From positions 372,001-436,000 of the forward strand of contig NW_027140453.1 in NCBI RefSeq assembly GCF_036365525.1: a DNA stretch of 64,000 nucleotides, written 5' to 3'. Below, piece after piece: positions 48,345 through 60,896 of the stretch (position 1 is its first letter; each line of letters opens with the position of its first letter). Position numbers and translations under genes: made by a program. The stretch comes from Heterodontus francisci (lineage: Eukaryota). Under the pieces are notes generated by a model, which saw only the letters and a program-made list of their open reading frames with translations, was not told the origin of the DNA and made no database searches.

Positions 48345-49300
48345 TTTTTCGAGGAGGTGACTTGATGTGTAGATGAGGGGTAAGTAGTTGATGTCGTCTA
48401 CATGGAATTCAGTAAGGCTTTTGATAAAGCCCCACAAGAGAGATTGGTTAAGAAGGTAAGAGCACATGGGATCCAGGGCAATTTGGTAAATTGGATTCAA
48501 AATTGGCTTATTGGCAGGAGGCAGAGGGTAAAGGTCGAGGGTTGTTTTTGCGAGTGGGAGCCTGGGTGGTTGATGGTCGGCGCAGACTCGGTGGGCCGAA
48601 GGGCCTGTTTCGGTGCTGTAACTCTAATCTAATCTAATCTAATAATCTGTGACCAATGGTGTACCACAGCGATCTGTGCTGGGCCCTTGCTGTTTCTGGT
48701 GCAAATTAATGATTTTGATGTGAATATAGCAGGTATTAAATATAAGTTCGCAGACAACATGAAAATTGTTGACGTTGTAAATAGTGAAGAGGGAAGCCTT
48801 AGATTTCAGGACGATATGGATGTCCAGTTCTGGGCACCACACTATAGGAAAGATGTGATTGCACTGGAGAGGGTCTAGAGGAGATTCACCAGGATGTTGC
48901 ATGGGATGGAACATTTCAGCTATGATGAGAGACTGAAAAGACTAGGGTTGTTTTATACCCAGCAGAGGAGGCTGAGGGGGGACCTGATTGAGGTATATAA
49001 GATTATGAGGTGCACTGATAGGTCAGATAGGAAGATTTTATTCCCTTTATAGGAGGGGCAATAACCAGGGCATAGATTTAAGGTAAGAGGCAGGAGGTTT
49101 AGAGGGGATTTGAGGAAACAAAATCTCAACCAGAGGGTGGTTGGAATCTGGAACGCTCTGCTAAAAGAGGTGGTAGAGGCAGGAAGCATCACAACATTTA
49201 AGAAATATTTAGATGAGCACTTGAAACGCCATAGCATGCAAGACTACGGGCCAAATGCTGGAAAATGGGGCGAGAATATTTAGGTGCTTGATGGCCGGCA
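48345..49300 (+). mobile_element. CR1 LINE fragments with SINE-like insert
   Basis: FSKAFDKAP...HGIQG...WIQNWL, YKFADNMK, VQFWAPHYRKDV. Confidence 0.88.
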
Positions 49301-50455
49301 CTATTCGGTAGATGGGTCAATTCACTGCTGCATTGCTTGCTCAGTCTTTTCAGAAACAAGTGGGACTCAGGCTGCGGTGGAGCTCCATCCCCACCTCCTG
49401 GCTGTAACGTGTAACTACAGGCACCTGCGATTTGCACATTGCAATTGATAAAATAGGCATTATGAAGACATGCTTTGCAATTGCTCCATCTTCCTCATTT
49501 TTATCCATTGCTTCAGCTGGTGACGCTGGTGACATCGTATTAGATAGAATTTACAGCACAGATTCAGGCTATTCGGCCCGATGGGCCCATGTTTCAGACC
49601 AGTCTGGGGCAGATGGCAGTGTAGTTGTAATGTCACTGAGCTAGTAATCCAGAGGCCGGGGGGGGGGGGGGGGGTGGGGTGGTGGAGGGGGTGGGGGGAG
49701 GCGGATTCTCCAGGGGACATGCGTTCGAATCCCACCAGGTCAGATGGCAGAATTTAAATTCTGAATCTAAGGAATTCTGGAAAATCATAGCCATCGCCTC
49801 CACTCTCTCTGCAGCTATCTCTTTTCGAACTCAAGTATGAAATCCATCTGTTCCAGGGGACTTGTCAGATTTTAAGCCCTGAAGTTTCTCCAAGACTTTT
49901 TCTCAATTGATATGAATATCCTTAATTTCCTCACTCTTCTTAGCCCCCACATTACTGTTTATTTCTGGTATGGAACTTGTGTCTTCTACTGTGAAGACAG
50001 GCACAAAATATTAGTTCAATGCCCCTGCCATTTCCCCATTCCCCATGATAATTATTCCTGTCTTTACCTCTAAGGGACCAACGTCAACTTTAGCTACTCT
50101 GTTGCTTTTTATGTAAAAGCTCCTACCATCTGTTTTTATATTGCTGGTTAGCTTATTCTCATATTTTATTCCAACATCCGATGAAAGAACATAAACAATG
50201 TCTTCATCCAGCCCTATCAGTATGAGGTGCTATTTCCTGCTGCCTAATGTTTTTATCCAGCATCCATTTACATATATCTGGTTGTGGGGAGTTAGAACAT
50301 GGGCGTTCTGCCACTCGAACGGTAACTGAACAGATGCAGATCCGCATCCGATCAGCCAGGGCTGCTCTTCACCGAATGCTGGGTTAAATGCATCTGTTTG
50401 AAGGGAGACATGTGAGGGTTTTTGTCAAGGCAGCCAATGACTCTGAACCGCTGTG

Positions 50456-50764
50456 TCCCATCAGCAGCTGCACAGAAATACACCGCCTCGTCTTTGGCGT
50501 TCACACTCTCGATCGTCAGAGTGGATTTCTTATTTTCCAGAGTCCTCGTGATTGCAAATCCGCTCTTAAATCCATCTTCATACTGAGGTTCACCTGCTGT
50601 ATAGGTAAACCCGATTAACAGGAATCCTCTGCCGGGGGACTGACGATACCAGTACATGTTGTTGCGAACTGCTCCTTCCTGCAGACAGTTCATTTCCACG
50701 GGTCCTTGCTGTTTAACAGCCAGTGACTGAGGCCATTGATGTATCACATCACCCCGGCAAACAC
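50456..50764 (-). CDS. TRBV: TRBV V exon
   Basis: DVIHQWPQSLAVKQQGPVEMNCLQEGAVRNNMYWYRQSPGRG...DEAVYFCAAADG; 23-RSS CACAGCG-23-ACAAAAACC at 50417-50455; acceptor tttctag|. Confidence 0.96.
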
Positions 50765-51143
50765 CTAGAAAGAGAAATTAGAGGGAATGAACTGGTATCG
50801 ATGGAGTTACAATTGCGACGATGGACGTCGGTGTTGCACCGAATTAACGACAGAAATTCGGTCTGTGTCCTAATTTCCTGCAAGCATCTGGATCTGTAAC
50901 AACTGTAAAATAGAATTGTGGAATCCACAAGCTTGCAAGTGGGTGCAAACATTAAAGAGTTAACATCATATTAATGGCACTTGTCTTCCCGAACTGGGGG
51001 ACAGATGAATGAGTTCACTGTCTGATATGAAATAATCGATTACTGATTTAACAAGTCACCGCTGCTCAGTTTTATTGAGATCATTAATCATCCCTTTCAA
51101 TGATCAAATGCAGAAGAGTGATTGGGACAGAATTTTAACCTAC

Positions 51144-51189
51144 TCAGCGCCAGAAGGGAAATAGCAAAGAGGATGAAACTGAAAGCCAT
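51144..51189 (-). CDS. TRBV: Leader exon of V 50456
   Basis: MAFSFILFAISLLAL a|gtaggt; 46 nt, hydrophobic, phase 1. Confidence 0.92.
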
Positions 51190-52015
51190 GTTTGCGGTGG
51201 ATCTGAGAGACTTTCTGCTGGTTACTCTGGGTTTTAAGGGAGGGAGAGAGATGAGGTGTTGGCAGAGCGGATCGTCATAAGAGGAAGTTATCTCAAGGCA
51301 ATGATCCCCGCCCCTACCTTTAAGTTGTCCCCCATTCTTTTGCTTGCTTCTTTATGCCACCGTTTCCCTCTTTATTCTCTCCACTTGCCTCCCCCCTCGT
51401 CACTTTCTGCTCCACTGTAAATATCCTCATTCCTATCACTTTGTGAGCTTGCTTTCACACCGAAGCCAGGTGATCTCTGAAGGTAGCGAGGTGTTGGAGA
51501 AGGGGACTTGTCCCAATCCTTTCCCTCAGACAGCATAACGGCTCCCCACACTCCTCCTTCCACCCTTTCAGCTCTGCCCTTTAAACCCCCTTTTCACCCC
51601 TCTCCTCATGTACTTGTTAATGTATAGAAGCAACAGTGAAGAGAGAGGCGAGACAATCATTGACATGGCATTATTGATAACTCAAAATGAGTTGAACTCT
51701 TCTACATTTACAGAGAGTAGGTCGACTAATCGATGTGAATGGTATGTCATTTATTTAACGTCATGAAGTAAAGAATAGAGGCAGGTAGGTTAGTGGATGA
51801 TAGATCGATAGTCAGGTTACAGACAGGTGGATGAGTGAAATGTATGCACAGATGCAGACAGACAGTTGTGTGTTTAGATAGACAGATTGATAAAGAGACA
51901 TACAAGGAGACAGACAGACTCACAGGCAGACAGAGAGACAGATCACTCTGCCACAGTTAATTCCTGTCTCCTTTGGGGTTTTTGTTGAACTGCTGTATTT
52001 CTCTGAGTCACTGTG

Positions 52016-52314
52016 TAAACTCCAGGCACAGTAATACACGGCTGAGTGATTCTCCCACAGGCCGGAGGACTCCAGGTAAAAGTGAGTGCTGTCAGGTCTC
52101 CTGGCGGTGAAACCGTCCACCTCACCGGAGGGGGTGACCATGTCGATGTAGTTAGAATAGAAAAGGTCCTGAGGCTCACTGTCAGGGTGCCATCGGTACC
52201 AGTGGAAATACGAGTCAGCTGCTGCTTCAGTGCAAATGCACTCGATGCTGACTGGAGATCCCGGGGAATGGGATATGGAAGGGGGAATCTGTTGGATCAG
52301 CACGGCTCCATAAT
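52016..52314 (-). CDS. TRBV: TRBV V exon (CAWS family, TRBV30-like)
   Basis: AVLIQQIPPSISHSPGSPVSIECICTEAAADSYFHWYRWHP...SAVYYCAWSL; perfect 23-RSS CACAGTG-23-ACAAAAACC at 51977-52015. Confidence 0.95.
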
Positions 52315-52730
52315 CTGTAAAACACAAAGTGAGCAGAGAGGTGTTAAGAATGATACACCATGAAGGGGTAAATGAATGGAGAGGTGGGAGTGTGTGTGAG
52401 AGAGAGACAGAGAGAGAGAGATTCGTGTTATAAAGACAGAAAAATAGAGAGGGAGAAAGAGTGAGTGAGAGAAAATGAGACATGCAGAAAGAGAGAGAGA
52501 GAGAGAGAGCATGACAGAAAGTTAAAGGTAAAACCAAGGGTAATCCATAGAACAAAGAAAGGGAAAGAGTGAGAGAAAGAGAGAGAGGAAAGCAGACAGG
52601 GACAGGGAGAATGAGAAACGGACAAAAGGAGAGTCAGACTAGAAAAAGAAAGAAAAAAGAGGATAGGGAGAGAGAAAGTGTGAAAAAGATAGGAAGAAAA
52701 AGAGAGAGATAGACCGAGTGATATATAAAC

Positions 52731-52803
52731 CGATGCAGAGAGAATCTACACAGCCAAACGGTGTTAATAAACCGAGGAGGGGGTTAAACCCCAAAGGGAA
52801 CAT
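52731..52803 (-). CDS. TRBV: Probable leader exon of V 52016
   Basis: MFPLGFNPLLGLLTPFGCVDSLCI g|gtttat, phase 1; the exact donor is uncertain. Confidence 0.55.
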
Positions 52804-53497
52804 TCGGGGAAGGATCAGTGAGGATCACTGTCATCTCCCAGTTCAGTTCCACCTGACCCCTTAACACCAGCAACACAACCCAGAGGTGAGACACAGTCAT
52901 CTCTGGAGGGAGACAGATCCATGTGTTCATTGTGTGAAATCACTGAGCTGTTTTATTGCAGAATATCTCAATGTTCTGAGTGGGATTTACTGTCCCCTCC
53001 TCCCCACTGTTAAATGGTCGGATGGGAGGAGCAAATCTCTTTGTACTTGTTCATTGTCTCCCACGAGGGGACTGTACTTTTCTGGGGCGGGGTTAAACCA
53101 GGACCTGAGTAATCGGCCGGGCTGTGTCCTCCCATTGATGGCGGGGTCTGGAGTTACTTTAAAACTGCAGCAACTCAGAGGATCCCTCTGAGATAGCAGT
53201 GATGTGAGGGAGTGAGGTAAGGGGAGTTACACTGTTTGTCTGACATCCCGATCTAACCAGTGAATGGGAGGTTTTACTCTGCACCTTATTGCTAGGTGGT
53301 GGGTCTGCCTCTGTACCTATCCAATGCGTGATAGGCTTAACTCTGTATCGAATCGGCATGTGATGGGATTGACTTTGTGGAAACATCCTCTGTAAATCTG
53401 CCCTATCAATCAGTTCCATCATTTTATAGTATTCTAAGTGTGTCTCTCTCCTTCCCCCTGTCACATTCCCCCCAGCCTGAGCCCAGCCTGTTGTGAG

Positions 53498-53832
53498 GGT
53501 TTTTGTTTTAGGAAATTCAGAAAATCGATCTTTGTCCTAATTTCCTACAAGAACCTGGAACTATACAACTGTAAAATTAAATAATGGAATCTACATGCTT
53601 GCAAGTGGGTGGAATTATTAAAGTGTTAACATCGTATTAGTAACACTTGGCTTCCCAAACCAGGGAACAGTTTAAAGACTTCACTATCTTATATTAAATG
53701 ATTGATTGCTGATTTCACTGTTTTATTGAGATCATTAATCAGTTGATCAAATGTCGAAGAGTGATTGGAACAGAATTTTAACCTACTCAGCGCCAGAAGG
53801 AAAATAGCAAAGGTGATGAAGTTGAAAGGGAT
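53498..53832 (-). pseudogene. TRBV: Orphan leader + intron + nonamer of a V 50456-type gene with the V exon deleted
   Basis: Leader copy at 53787-53832 with ATG changed to ATC. Paralogous intron runs almost directly into a retained nonamer (53498-53506). Confidence 0.8.
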
Positions 53833-54569
53833 GTTTGGTGCGGATCTGAGACACTTTCTGCTGGTTACTCTGGTTTAAGGGTGAGAGGCAGTTGTAGTTC
53901 CCCTAGTGCAGAACGTCATTGAGATGGTCCCCGCCCCTACTTTTTAAGTTGTCCCCCATTCTTTTGTTTGCTTCCTTCCGCCCCTTTCCACTTGTTTCTT
54001 CTCTCCATTTCCCCCACCCCCCTTGCACCCCACTTTCTACTCTGCTGCAAATATCTTCACAAGCCTTTGTGAGCTTGCTTTCATGCCGCAGCGAGGGGAA
54101 TTCTGAAGGTAGCGAGGTGTTGGAGAGGGTAGGTGAAAAAGACAAGGGGCGGTGCAACGATAGCTGCTTTGGGTGACTCCAGAGGTAACGGTGCAGAACA
54201 GGGGATTATTAACATCCTTTTGCAAATTAAAATCAGTAGTGGAGGAAAAGAAGGTGGATAGTTCGATGGCCTCGGAGGCGGCTCATATAACATCACTGTA
54301 AATTGGAAATCTAACTGCGTTTAGCCTTTAAAGTGAAAAGATTGCAGAAGCAGAGGAATTGACTCATTGATCAGCGGCGCCAAAGCCTGTGGTGGCGCGA
54401 AATATAGTGGAGCCACTGCGCCGACCAGTGGCAGCATGGTGCAACTGCAACAAGCTGTGTTTGTTACTTTCCCAGTGAAACCCATGCTGTGGGCTTCTTC
54501 AAGTCACTTCCCGAAATTCATCCTCCTTCTCAGTGTTTCATCCTCTCCTGCAGAGGATTATTACCCGCA

Positions 54570-54950
54570 GAATTAACGATACAAATTCAGTCTTTGTCCT
54601 AATTTCCTCCCAGTATCTGGACAGATGTAAAGCAGAATAGTGAAATCTACATGAGTAAAAGTGGGTGTAGATGTTATATGGTTAACAGTATATTCTTAAC
54701 ACTTTTGTTGCCAAAAAAGGGGTAACAGATTAATGAGTTCACTGTCTTATATTCAATAATTGATTGCTGATTTCACAAGTCACCGCCGCACAGTCTTGTT
54801 GAGATCATTAATCAGTTGATCAAATGTAAAACAGTAATTGTGACAGAATTTAAACATACTCAGCGACAGAATGAAAATAGCAAACGTCGATGAAATTGAA
54901 TGGCATGTTTGCGGCGGATCTAAGACACTTTCTGCTGGTTGCTCTGGGTT
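54570..54950 (-). pseudogene. TRBV: Second orphan leader/intron of V 50456 type
   Basis: Leader at 54860-54906 with a +1 frameshift; intron paralogous to 50840-51140; no V exon follows; a CR1 element is inserted just upstream. Confidence 0.78.
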
Positions 54951-54954
54951 TAAG

Positions 54955-56570
54955 GGAGCGAAGCTGAGGGAGGAAACATTATTTGGATTAGCATCCTTGA
55001 AAGTTGATAAATCACCAGGGCAGGATGAAATGAATCTTAGGCTGCAAAAACAAGCAAGAGAAGAAATAGCAGAGGGTCTGACTATCTTTTTGCAGTCCTC
55101 ACAGGTGTGGTGCTGGAGGATTGGAGAATTGTTAATGTTGTGCCTCCGTTTAAAAAGGGAGAGAAGGATAGACTGACTAATTACAGGCCAGTCAGTCTGA
55201 CCTCAGTAATGAGCAAATTATTGCAATCTATTCTGGGAGACAGAATAAACTGTCACTTAGAAAGGCACAGATTAATCCAGGATAGTCAGCATAGATTTGT
55301 TAAGGGATGAACTTGTTTGATCAATTTGATCGAATTTTTTGAAGAAGTAACAAGGAAGATAGATGAGGGTAGTGCAGTTGACGTGGTCTACCTGGATTTT
55401 AGCAAGGCTTTTGAAAAGGCTGCACATGGCAGACTGGTTAAAAAAAACAAAATCCCATGGGATCCAGGGAAATGCAGCAAGGTGGATACAAAATTGGCTC
55501 AGTGCCAGGAAACAAAGGGTAATTGTTGATGGGTGTTTTAGCGACTGGAGGGCTGTTTGCAGCGGCGTTGCACAGGGCTCAGTACTGGGTTCCCTGCTTT
55601 TTGTGGTATTTATTAACGATTTGGATGTAAATGTAGGGGGGCATAATCCAAATGTATGTAGACAACACAAGGATTAGCCGTGTGGTAGATCGCGAGGTGG
55701 ATAGCTGTAGGCTGCAGGAAGATATTGATGGTCTTGTCAGATGGGCAGAACAGTGGCAAATGGAATCCAACTTGGAGAGGTGTGAGGTGATGCATTTGGG
55801 GAGGTCAAACAAGGCAAAGGAATACACGATAAATGGGAAAATACTGAGAAGTGCAGAGGAAGTGAGGGACCTTGCAGTGAATGTCTACAGATCCCTGAAG
55901 GTAACAGGACAGGTCGATAAGGTGGTTAAGAAGGCATATGGAATCCTTTCCTTCATTAGCTGAGGTATAGAATACAAGAGCGGGGAGGTTATGCTGGAAC
56001 TGCATAACTCATTGGTTAGGCCACAACTTGAGTATGTGTGAAGTTCTGGTCACCTCATTACAGAAAGAATGTAATTGCACTAGAGAGGTTACAAAGGAGA
56101 TTAACAAGCATGTTTCCCGAACTGAAAATGCAGCTATGAGGAAAGATTGGATAGGCCGGGGTTGTTCTCCTTGGAACAGAGAAAGCTGCGGGGAGATCTG
56201 ATTGAAATGTACAAAATATTGAAGGGGCCTGGATAGAGTGGATGTGAAGGGTCTATTCACCTTGGCAGAGAGGTCAGTGATGAGGGACCATAGATTTAAA
56301 GTGATTGGTAGAAGAATTAGAGGGGAGATAAGGAAAATCATTTTTCACCCAGAGGGTGGTGATGGTCTGGAACTCACTGCCTGAAAGGGTAGTTGAGGCA
56401 GAGATCCTCAACTCATTCAAAAGGAGTCTGGATTTGCACCTCAAGTGCTGCAATCTGCATGGCTACGGACCAAATGCTGGAAGGTGTGATTAGAATAGGT
56501 GGATCGTTTTTCGGCCGGCGCTGATGTGATGGGCCAAGTGGCCTCTTTCTGTGCCTTATACCTTCTATGA
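54955..56570 (+). mobile_element. CR1 LINE fragment (RT domain to 3' end, degenerate)
   Basis: NYRPVSLTSV, VDVVYLDFSKAF, GSVLGSLLFVVFINDLD, C.VMHLGRSN. Confidence 0.93.
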
Positions 56571-56709
56571 GACTATTGGAGTGATAGAGTGTATGTGAAA
56601 GTGCCAAGGAATGAGAGAGAGACAGAGTCACAGAGGATGATATGGAGAAAAACAGTTAGAGAAAAAGAGAGGCAGTGATAGAGATAGATGGACAGAGGGA
56701 GAAAAAGAT

Positions 56710-57389
56710 ATGCCTGTCTGTCTATCTATATAGCTATCTATCTATCTATCACTGTAGCTATCTGTCTATCTTTCTCTCTATCTATCTATCTGCATGGCTG
56801 TGTGTCTGTCTCTCTATCTGTGTCAGTTTGTCTCTCTATCTGTATGAATCCGTCTGTCTGTCTACCTACCTATCTTTTTGTCTGTCTGTCTTCATATTTA
56901 CCTATTTGTATATCTGTCTGTCTATCTATCTATTTGACCATTTGCCTATCTATCTGTCTACCTATCTGTCTGTCTATCTATCAATCTGTCTGTCAATCGA
57001 TCTATCTGTCTGCCTATCTGTCTACCCATCTGTCTTTCTATTTATCTGTCTGTTTATCTATCTATCTAATGTCNNNNNNNNNNNNNNNNNNNNNNNNNNN
57101 NNNNNNNNNNNNNNNNNNNNNNNNNNNNNNNNNNNNNNNNNNNNNNNNNNNNNNNNNNNNNNNNNNNNNNNNNNNNNNNNNNNNNNNNNNNNNNNNNNNN
57201 NNNNNNNNNNNNNNNNNNNNNNNNNNNNNNNNNNNNNNNNNNNNNNNNNNNNNNNNNNGTCGATCTATCTGTCTGTCTATCGATCAAATGTCTGTCTATC
57301 TATCCATCTGTCTATCGATCTATCTATCTAATGGCAGTCTCTCTGCCATCCTAGCTACCTATCTGTCTGTCTATCGATCTATCTGTCGG

Positions 57390-57449
<60 letters not shown>

Positions 57450-57485
57450 ATGTCTGTCTGTCTGCCTTCCTAGCTATCTATCTGC
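56710..57485 (+). repeat. (TCTA/TCTG)n simple repeat with N gap 57074-57258
   Basis: Directly visible tetranucleotide array. Confidence 0.92.
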
Positions 57486-57789
57486 CTCTTTATGCTGCCT
57501 ATGATATGGTGCTGTACACCAATTGGCTTCCGTGTTTTAAGTACACTGCTCTCTGAAATGACCTAGCAAACTCTTCAGTTATCTACAAGGCATCACGCAC
57601 CTTCTCCAGGGCAATGAGTGATGATGAATAACTACTGACTTTCTGAGACCCAGGCACCCAGAATGAATAAAAAAAAATTAAAGCAAGAGAAGAGATAGCA
57701 GAGGATCTGACCATCATTTTCCAGTTGTTAATTGGCTGTTTTGGGGCATCTTGAAGTCGTGGAAGACCTTATATATATATATCTTTTCT

Positions 57790-58325
57790 TATTCGTTCAT
57801 GGGACGTGAATTTCTTTTGCAAGGCCAGCAATTATTTCACAATACTGATTGCCCTTGAGAAGGTGGTGGTGAGCTGCCTTCTTGAACCGCTGCAGTACAT
57901 GTTGGATAGGTACACCCACAGTGCTGTTAGGAAGGGAGTTCCAGGATTTTGACCCAGTGACAGTGAAGAAACGGCGATATAGTTCCAAGTCAGGATGGTG
58001 TATGACTTGGAGGGGAACTTGCAGGTGGTGGTGTTCCCATGAGTCTACTGCCCTTGCCCTTCTAGGTGATGGAGTTGGTGGGTTTGGAAGGTGCTGTCTA
58101 AGGACACTCGATGCTTTGCTGCAGTGTATCATGTCGATGGTACACACTGCTTCCACTGTGGTGTAGGAAGTGAGTGTTGAAGGTGGTAGATGGGGTGCTG
58201 ATCAAGCGAGCTGCTTTTTTCCTGACTGGTGTTGAGCTCCTTGAGTGTTGTTGGAGCTGCATCCATCCAGGCAGGTGGAGAGTATTCCATCACACTCCTG
58301 ACTTGTGCCTTGCAGATGATTGATA
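57790..58325 (-). mobile_element. Non-LTR retrotransposon 3' fragment
   Basis: KAQVRSVMEYSPPAWMDAAPTTLK and FFTVTGSKSWNSLP, which are LINE RT C-terminal motifs. Confidence 0.8.
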
Positions 58326-58438
58326 CTCTATACATCAGTTCACAATGGTGATGTTAACTATCTGTCTTATTTACATCATTAATTAACCTTTTAATTAATC
58401 AAGTATAGGACAGAGACTGTGACTCAGTTTTAACATAC

Positions 58439-58641
58439 TCAGTGCCAGAAATTAAACAGTGCAGACGAGGACCTTGAAATTTTGCAGGGGATTAGGGTGA
58501 GCCCCTGCCCGGCATACTGCCGATACCACAGCATAATACTCTTTCTACTGTCATTCTGGTAACAGTTTAATTCTGCTGGTTCGCCTCTCTTCACTGCCAC
58601 CAGAGTTGGCCACTGGTGTATCACCTCTACTAGAGTTTTGC
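58439..58641 (-). pseudogene. TRBV: Truncated TRBV fused to a leader remnant of the next V
   Basis: EVIHQWPTLVAVKRGEPAELNCYQNDSRKSIMLWYRQYAGQGLTLI stops after FR2 and joins sequence paralogous to the 51144 leader; no second Cys and no RSS. Confidence 0.88.
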
Positions 58642-59109
58642 CTTGAGAAATAAGGAGAATAGTTTAAAAAGTTTAGAACATATTGTGACATATGATAACC
58701 AACTATAACTATCAAAATAGTTAAGTAGATAATACTAGATAACTATATAGGCAGACAATATATAGTTAAATGATATATTGGTAGATATATAGATAATAAA
58801 CAGATAGATATAGAGATTGAAAAATAATGTAGCAAGTGAAATGAGACAGACAAATTAACCCAGAATTAGGGCAAACTTATCGGTTAAAGATAGGTATAGT
58901 AGCGTCACGAATATATAAGTAACTTTCATTCAGTCAAAAATTTCATTAAGTAAATATTATTTACAGTGAAAGTAAAGTATGTAGTTTAAGAAATGACAGA
59001 AAATCGACTTCAATGATGTTGTATCAATCTAGTTTGATAGAAGTTAGTAGTGAATGAAAACACAGCATGTATTTTAGCACAGGTATCTTTATGAACAATG
59101 AATACCTAC

Positions 59110-59155
59110 ATGGAAGAAGAGAACAGACGATTAGGAAGAGTTTGACTAACTGCAT
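59110..59155 (-). pseudogene. TRBV: Intact leader exon of the truncated V 58439
   Basis: MQLVKLFLIVCSLLP t|gtaggt; 46 nt, phase 1. Confidence 0.85.
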
Positions 59156-60550
59156 CCTGCAGACTGGGGGCTGAATCTGTTCATGAACCAATATCAGGCG
59201 GCTGAAGATAAAGCAGAGAGCGGAAATGACAGCACTGGAAACAGGGTTTCCTTCTGACCCCTCACTTCTGGGTATGACAGAATAATAACACCCCCTGGCC
59301 GAAAGGAGATTGAATAAGGAACTGCTTCCCGTCTGTATCTGGCTCCCGTTGCTTGTGTCTGATTGGTGTTGTATAGGGTAGCTCTTTCGAACAGCTGGGC
59401 CAGGCTCGATGGGCTGAATGGCCTTTGCCTCTGCTGTATGATTCTATAAATATATAAGACACATCAAGTTGCTTGTTTGTATTAGGCAAATAAAGATTTA
59501 TTTTCCCTGTGTTAAACGACAATTCAAGGGCTATGTTTTACATTGGGGTGAAATCTTAGATACTTTGAAAAGCGACAGTGTCATGAAGAAGTGGGTTAAC
59601 TGTTTTAAACAGATGCTCAAACCGTCGTCAGGAGGCAGGTGTTCCAGTGAGAGACCTATCTGGGGAGGTGTCTCACTTTTGCATTGTATGAATCATCGGG
59701 GACATGTACAACAGGGAGCTATGTGTAACTCTTGTCACATACCACCGACAGCTCATTCAACAGGACCATGAGCCCATTTACCCCACCTCGGAATCTGTTC
59801 TTTACAGGTAGAGGCTGCCTTATCGAGAAGGATCTGAGCACCTTGCTGCAGTATTTTTAATAATTCATAATGTATTGATATACTCTGAGTCGAAGGAGAG
59901 CAAGAAGATGAAACTATCAGTAAAATACAAATCATGATATATCAATAATTAAACTGGTATGGTGCAAATAATGGTGTTCGATAAATGATAAACGTCAGAT
60001 AAATTTGGATGCATATTTAGAGGTGAGAGACAGAGAGATAAATCGATGACAAATATATATATGATCGAGATAAATAGATAGATAAATGGTGCAAATAACC
60101 AAAAATGGACAGCGAGATAGATAAATAGATAGATACAGATGGATAGATAGATAGATACAGATGGATAGATAGATACAGTTAGATAGATNNNNNNNNNNNN
60201 NNNNNNNNNNNNNNNNNNNNNNNNNNNNNNNNNNNNNNNNNNNNNNNNNNNNNNNNNNNNNNNNNNNNNNNNNNNNNNNNNNNNNNNNNNNNNNNNNNNN
60301 NNNNNNNNNNNNNNNNNNNNNNNNNNNNNNNNNNNNNNNNNNNNNNNNNNNNNNNNNNNNNNNGATCGATAGACAGATAGACAGACAGACAGATAGATAG
60401 ATGCAGAGATGCACAAAGAGACACAGAAACTCGCAGATAGTCCGAGAGGCAGAAACACACTGAGATAGACAGACAGGCTTATCTCCCACAAGTGCTTTCC
60501 TCCCCCTTTATAGTTTTTGCTGAACTCCGGCACCTTTCTGAGTCACTGTG

Positions 60551-60849
60551 CTGTCTCCAGGCACAGTAATACACAGCTGATTGATTTTTCCACAGACTGG
60601 AGGACTCCAGGTAAAAATAAGTGTTGTTGGGTCTCCTGGCGGTGAAACCGTCCACCTCACCGGAGGAAATGACCGTTCCAGCAGAGGTGGAATAGAAAAA
60701 GTTCTCGGGCTTATGGTCCGGATGCCACCAGTGCCGGAAGAATGCAGAGCCAGCTACTGCTTCTGTGTAAATACACTGGATACTAACTGGACAGCCTGGG
60801 GAATGGGATATGGAAGGGGGAGACTGTTGGTTCAGCACGGCCCCTACAT
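60551..60849 (-). CDS. TRBV: TRBV V exon (CAW family), ORF lacking the conserved Trp
   Basis: Paralog of V 52016: GCPVSIQCIYTEAVAGSAFFRHWWHP...SAVYYCAWRQ, with WYR changed to RHW. 23-RSS CACAGTG-23-GCAAAAACT at 60512-60550. Confidence 0.88.
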
Positions 60850-60851
60850 CT

Positions 60852-60896
<45 letters not shown>

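Noticed and set aside
47329-60849. Ig VH, NAR-TCR or TAILV-type segments in the V array
   Set aside because: All V exons look like TRBV and the complete ones carry 23-RSSs; no private D-J cassette follows any V.
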